From NCBI GenBank assembly GCA_965195345.1, contig OZ239628.1, positions 1,056,001 to 1,120,000 on the forward strand: a stretch of 64,000 nt of DNA, written 5' to 3'. Source of the DNA: an uncultured Thiomicrospira sp. Lineage in GTDB: Bacteria; Pseudomonadota; Gammaproteobacteria; CAKMZV01. Both the position numbers and the translations under genes were made by a program. Each line of letters starts with the position of its first letter. Within the stretch, counting starts at the first letter, position 1. The notes beneath the pieces are model-generated. The model had not been told where the DNA came from. It did not search any database and saw only the letters and a program-made list of their open reading frames with translations. Shown in pieces: positions 62,228-64,000 of this stretch.

Positions 62228-63165
62228 AAAAACGTATAGTAGTAACTGGTGCGGCGGGAATGATCGGTAGTAATATTATCTCAGGGCTTAATGAAAATGG
62301 TTACGATGATGTTGTTGCGGTTGATGACTTAACCAATGGACACAAGTTTTTGAATTTAGTTGGAATGAAAATAAGTGACTATATCGATAAGTTGGATTTT
62401 TTAGAAAGCCTCGCTAACGATCGTTTGGGAAAAATAGATTGCGTATTTCATCAAGGTGCTTGTTCAACAACTACTGAATGGGATGGCAAATACATGATGC
62501 ACAATAATTATGAATATACTAAAAAGCTATATCATATGTGTGTGGAAAAAAGAATTCGATTCCTTTATGCATCCTCTGCAGCAGTGTATGGCGATGGTGT
62601 TAGAGGTTTCTCTGTTTCTCCAGAGTGTGAAAATCCATTGAATGTCTATGGCTATTCTAAATGGCTATTTGATTATTATCTCCTCCAACAAGCTCCTTCA
62701 AGTACGCAAGTTGTGGGATTGCGCTATTTCAATGTTTATGGTCCTAATGAACAACACAAAGGTTCAATGGCTTCGGTAGCATGGCATTTATACAATCAAC
62801 ATATGCGGGGAGAAAATCTGAAATTATTTGGTTCTTGGGATGGATTTGCTGCTGGTGAGCAAATGCGTGACTTCATATACGTTAAAGATGTAGTAGCAGT
62901 GAATTTATGGCTGCTTGAGAATCCAGAAGTGACGGGTGTTGTTAACTGCGGCTCTGGACAAGCTGAAACATTCAATTCAGTAGCTCATGCAATTATAGAT
63001 TATTATCAGTGCGGAGAAATAGAGTATATAGATTTTCCTGATCACCTCAAAAAGGCATATCAAAGCTATACTCAGGCGGATATGGGGCGTCTATATGAAC
63101 TGGGCTATAAAAAAGATTTTTATAGTGTAAGTGATGGCGTCACCGATTATTTGAATTGTCTTTAG
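62224..63165 (+). CDS. hldD: ADP-L-glycero-D-manno-heptose-6-epimerase
   Basis: TGAAGMIGSN, HQGACSTT, PLNVYGYSK, RYFNVYGP, HKGSMAS, YQSYTQAD. Confidence 0.96.
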   Translation: MKKRIVVTGAAGMIGSNIISGLNENGYDDVVAVDDLTNGHKFLNLVGMKISDYIDKLDFLESLANDRLGKIDCVFHQGACSTTTEWDGKYMMHNNYEYTKKLYHMCVEKRIRFLYASSAAVYGDGVRGFSVSPECENPLNVYGYSKWLFDYYLLQQAPSSTQVVGLRYFNVYGPNEQHKGSMASVAWHLYNQHMRGENLKLFGSWDGFAAGEQMRDFIYVKDVVAVNLWLLENPEVTGVVNCGSGQAETFNSVAHAIIDYYQCGEIEYIDFPDHLKKAYQSYTQADMGRLYELGYKKDFYSVSDGVTDYLNCL

Positions 63166-63202
63166 GTTAAAGAAATTAAAACATTGAAAAACGTGAGATT
63201 AA

Positions 63203-63949
63203 ATGAAAAAGAAACTAATACTTGGAAATTGGAAGATGAATGGTTCATTGGATTCCAATACAGCATTGATTAAGCACATTCATGCTTGGGAAGGAACGGC
63301 ATTGGTTGGTGTTTGTCCTCCTAGTGTATATCTAGGACAAATTGCTGCGTTATTGCGAGGCAGTCAAGTCACTTTAGGGGCACAAGATTGCAGCGTACAC
63401 AATGCAGGGGCATACACTGGTGAGAACTCGGCACAAATGATTGCAAGTCTGGAAGCTAAATGGTGTTTGGTTGGACATTCAGAGCGTCGACAATACCATA
63501 ACGAAAGTGATGAATTAGTCGTTACTAAAGCAAATGCGGCGGCCGATGCTGGTTTACTTCCAGTTATATGTGTAGGTGAATCTTTGGAAGAGAGAGAAAG
63601 CGGACGAATGCCTGCAATTATAAAAAAACAAATAGAGCATATTTTTCAATTTGGCAACAAATCAACTCTTGAAAATATGATTATTGCCTACGAACCAGTA
63701 TGGGCTATAGGCACAGGAAAAACTGCAACTCCTGAACAAGCACAAGAAGTGCATTCCATGATTCGTGAACTATGTCGCGCGCATGACAGATCTCTTGAAG
63801 ACATCTATATCATTTATGGTGGAAGCATGAATGTTCAAAATGTCAAAGATTTATTGTCGCAAAGTGATATAGATGGCGGATTGATTGGGGGCGCTTCGCT
63901 GAAAGGAGATGAATTTTTATCAATCATGGAACATGCTTGTGTATGTTAA
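63203..63949 (+). CDS. tpiA: Triosephosphate isomerase
   Basis: GNWKMN, GHSERR, AYEPVWAIGTG, YGGS, DGGLIGGAS. Confidence 0.97.
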   Translation: MKKKLILGNWKMNGSLDSNTALIKHIHAWEGTALVGVCPPSVYLGQIAALLRGSQVTLGAQDCSVHNAGAYTGENSAQMIASLEAKWCLVGHSERRQYHNESDELVVTKANAAADAGLLPVICVGESLEERESGRMPAIIKKQIEHIFQFGNKSTLENMIIAYEPVWAIGTGKTATPEQAQEVHSMIRELCRAHDRSLEDIYIIYGGSMNVQNVKDLLSQSDIDGGLIGGASLKGDEFLSIMEHACVC

Positions 63950-64000
63950 CATCAGAATTAAAACTTTAATATGTATAAGAATATCATATTGAAAACTGTT

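Noticed and set aside
1-64000. Defence systems, prophage, CRISPR arrays or transposases
   Set aside because: No such protein motifs or periodic repeats were recognised anywhere in the window.

Overview
AT-rich chromosomal window from a gammaproteobacterium-like genome, probably a compact-genome marine heterotroph (lineage not assignable from sequence alone). It is mostly housekeeping genes (argA partial, hemH, mog/moaA/moaD/moeA, ung, pdxH, dsbD, gltX, greA, leuD, folP, kdsC, clpX-lon-bamE, proA-nadD-rsfS-rlmH-yhdP, bioH-bioC, proC-yggT-thiS-thiG-trmB-xthA, yggS, yggX, mutY, sdaA, thrS-infC, ilvE, gmhA-hldE-hldD, tpiA), and many classical operons are broken up. It carries one tRNA-Leu(TAG). 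I saw no IS element, integrase, prophage or CRISPR array. Two catabolic patches stand out. The first is an enoyl-CoA hydratase, a DmdB-like acyl-CoA ligase and a DmdA/GcvT-family demethylase around the tRNA. The second is a co-directional run of Zn-alcohol dehydrogenase, non-canonical Fae-like protein, aldehyde dehydrogenase, DUF2007 protein, acyl-CoA dehydrogenase, CaiD-like hydratase and ADP-forming CoA ligase, which is the best candidate for an undescribed pathway. Sequence-level oddities: an exact 147-bp copy of part of the neighbouring LysE gene inserted into the 3' end of an RND permease, a mutY with no in-frame start codon, an infC starting with ATG and not followed by rpmI-rplT, a ~100-nt hairpin in the tRNA leader, and six genes with a -10 box 5-7 nt before the ATG (candidate leaderless mRNAs). 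All protein calls come from motif recognition by eye, not from database searches.
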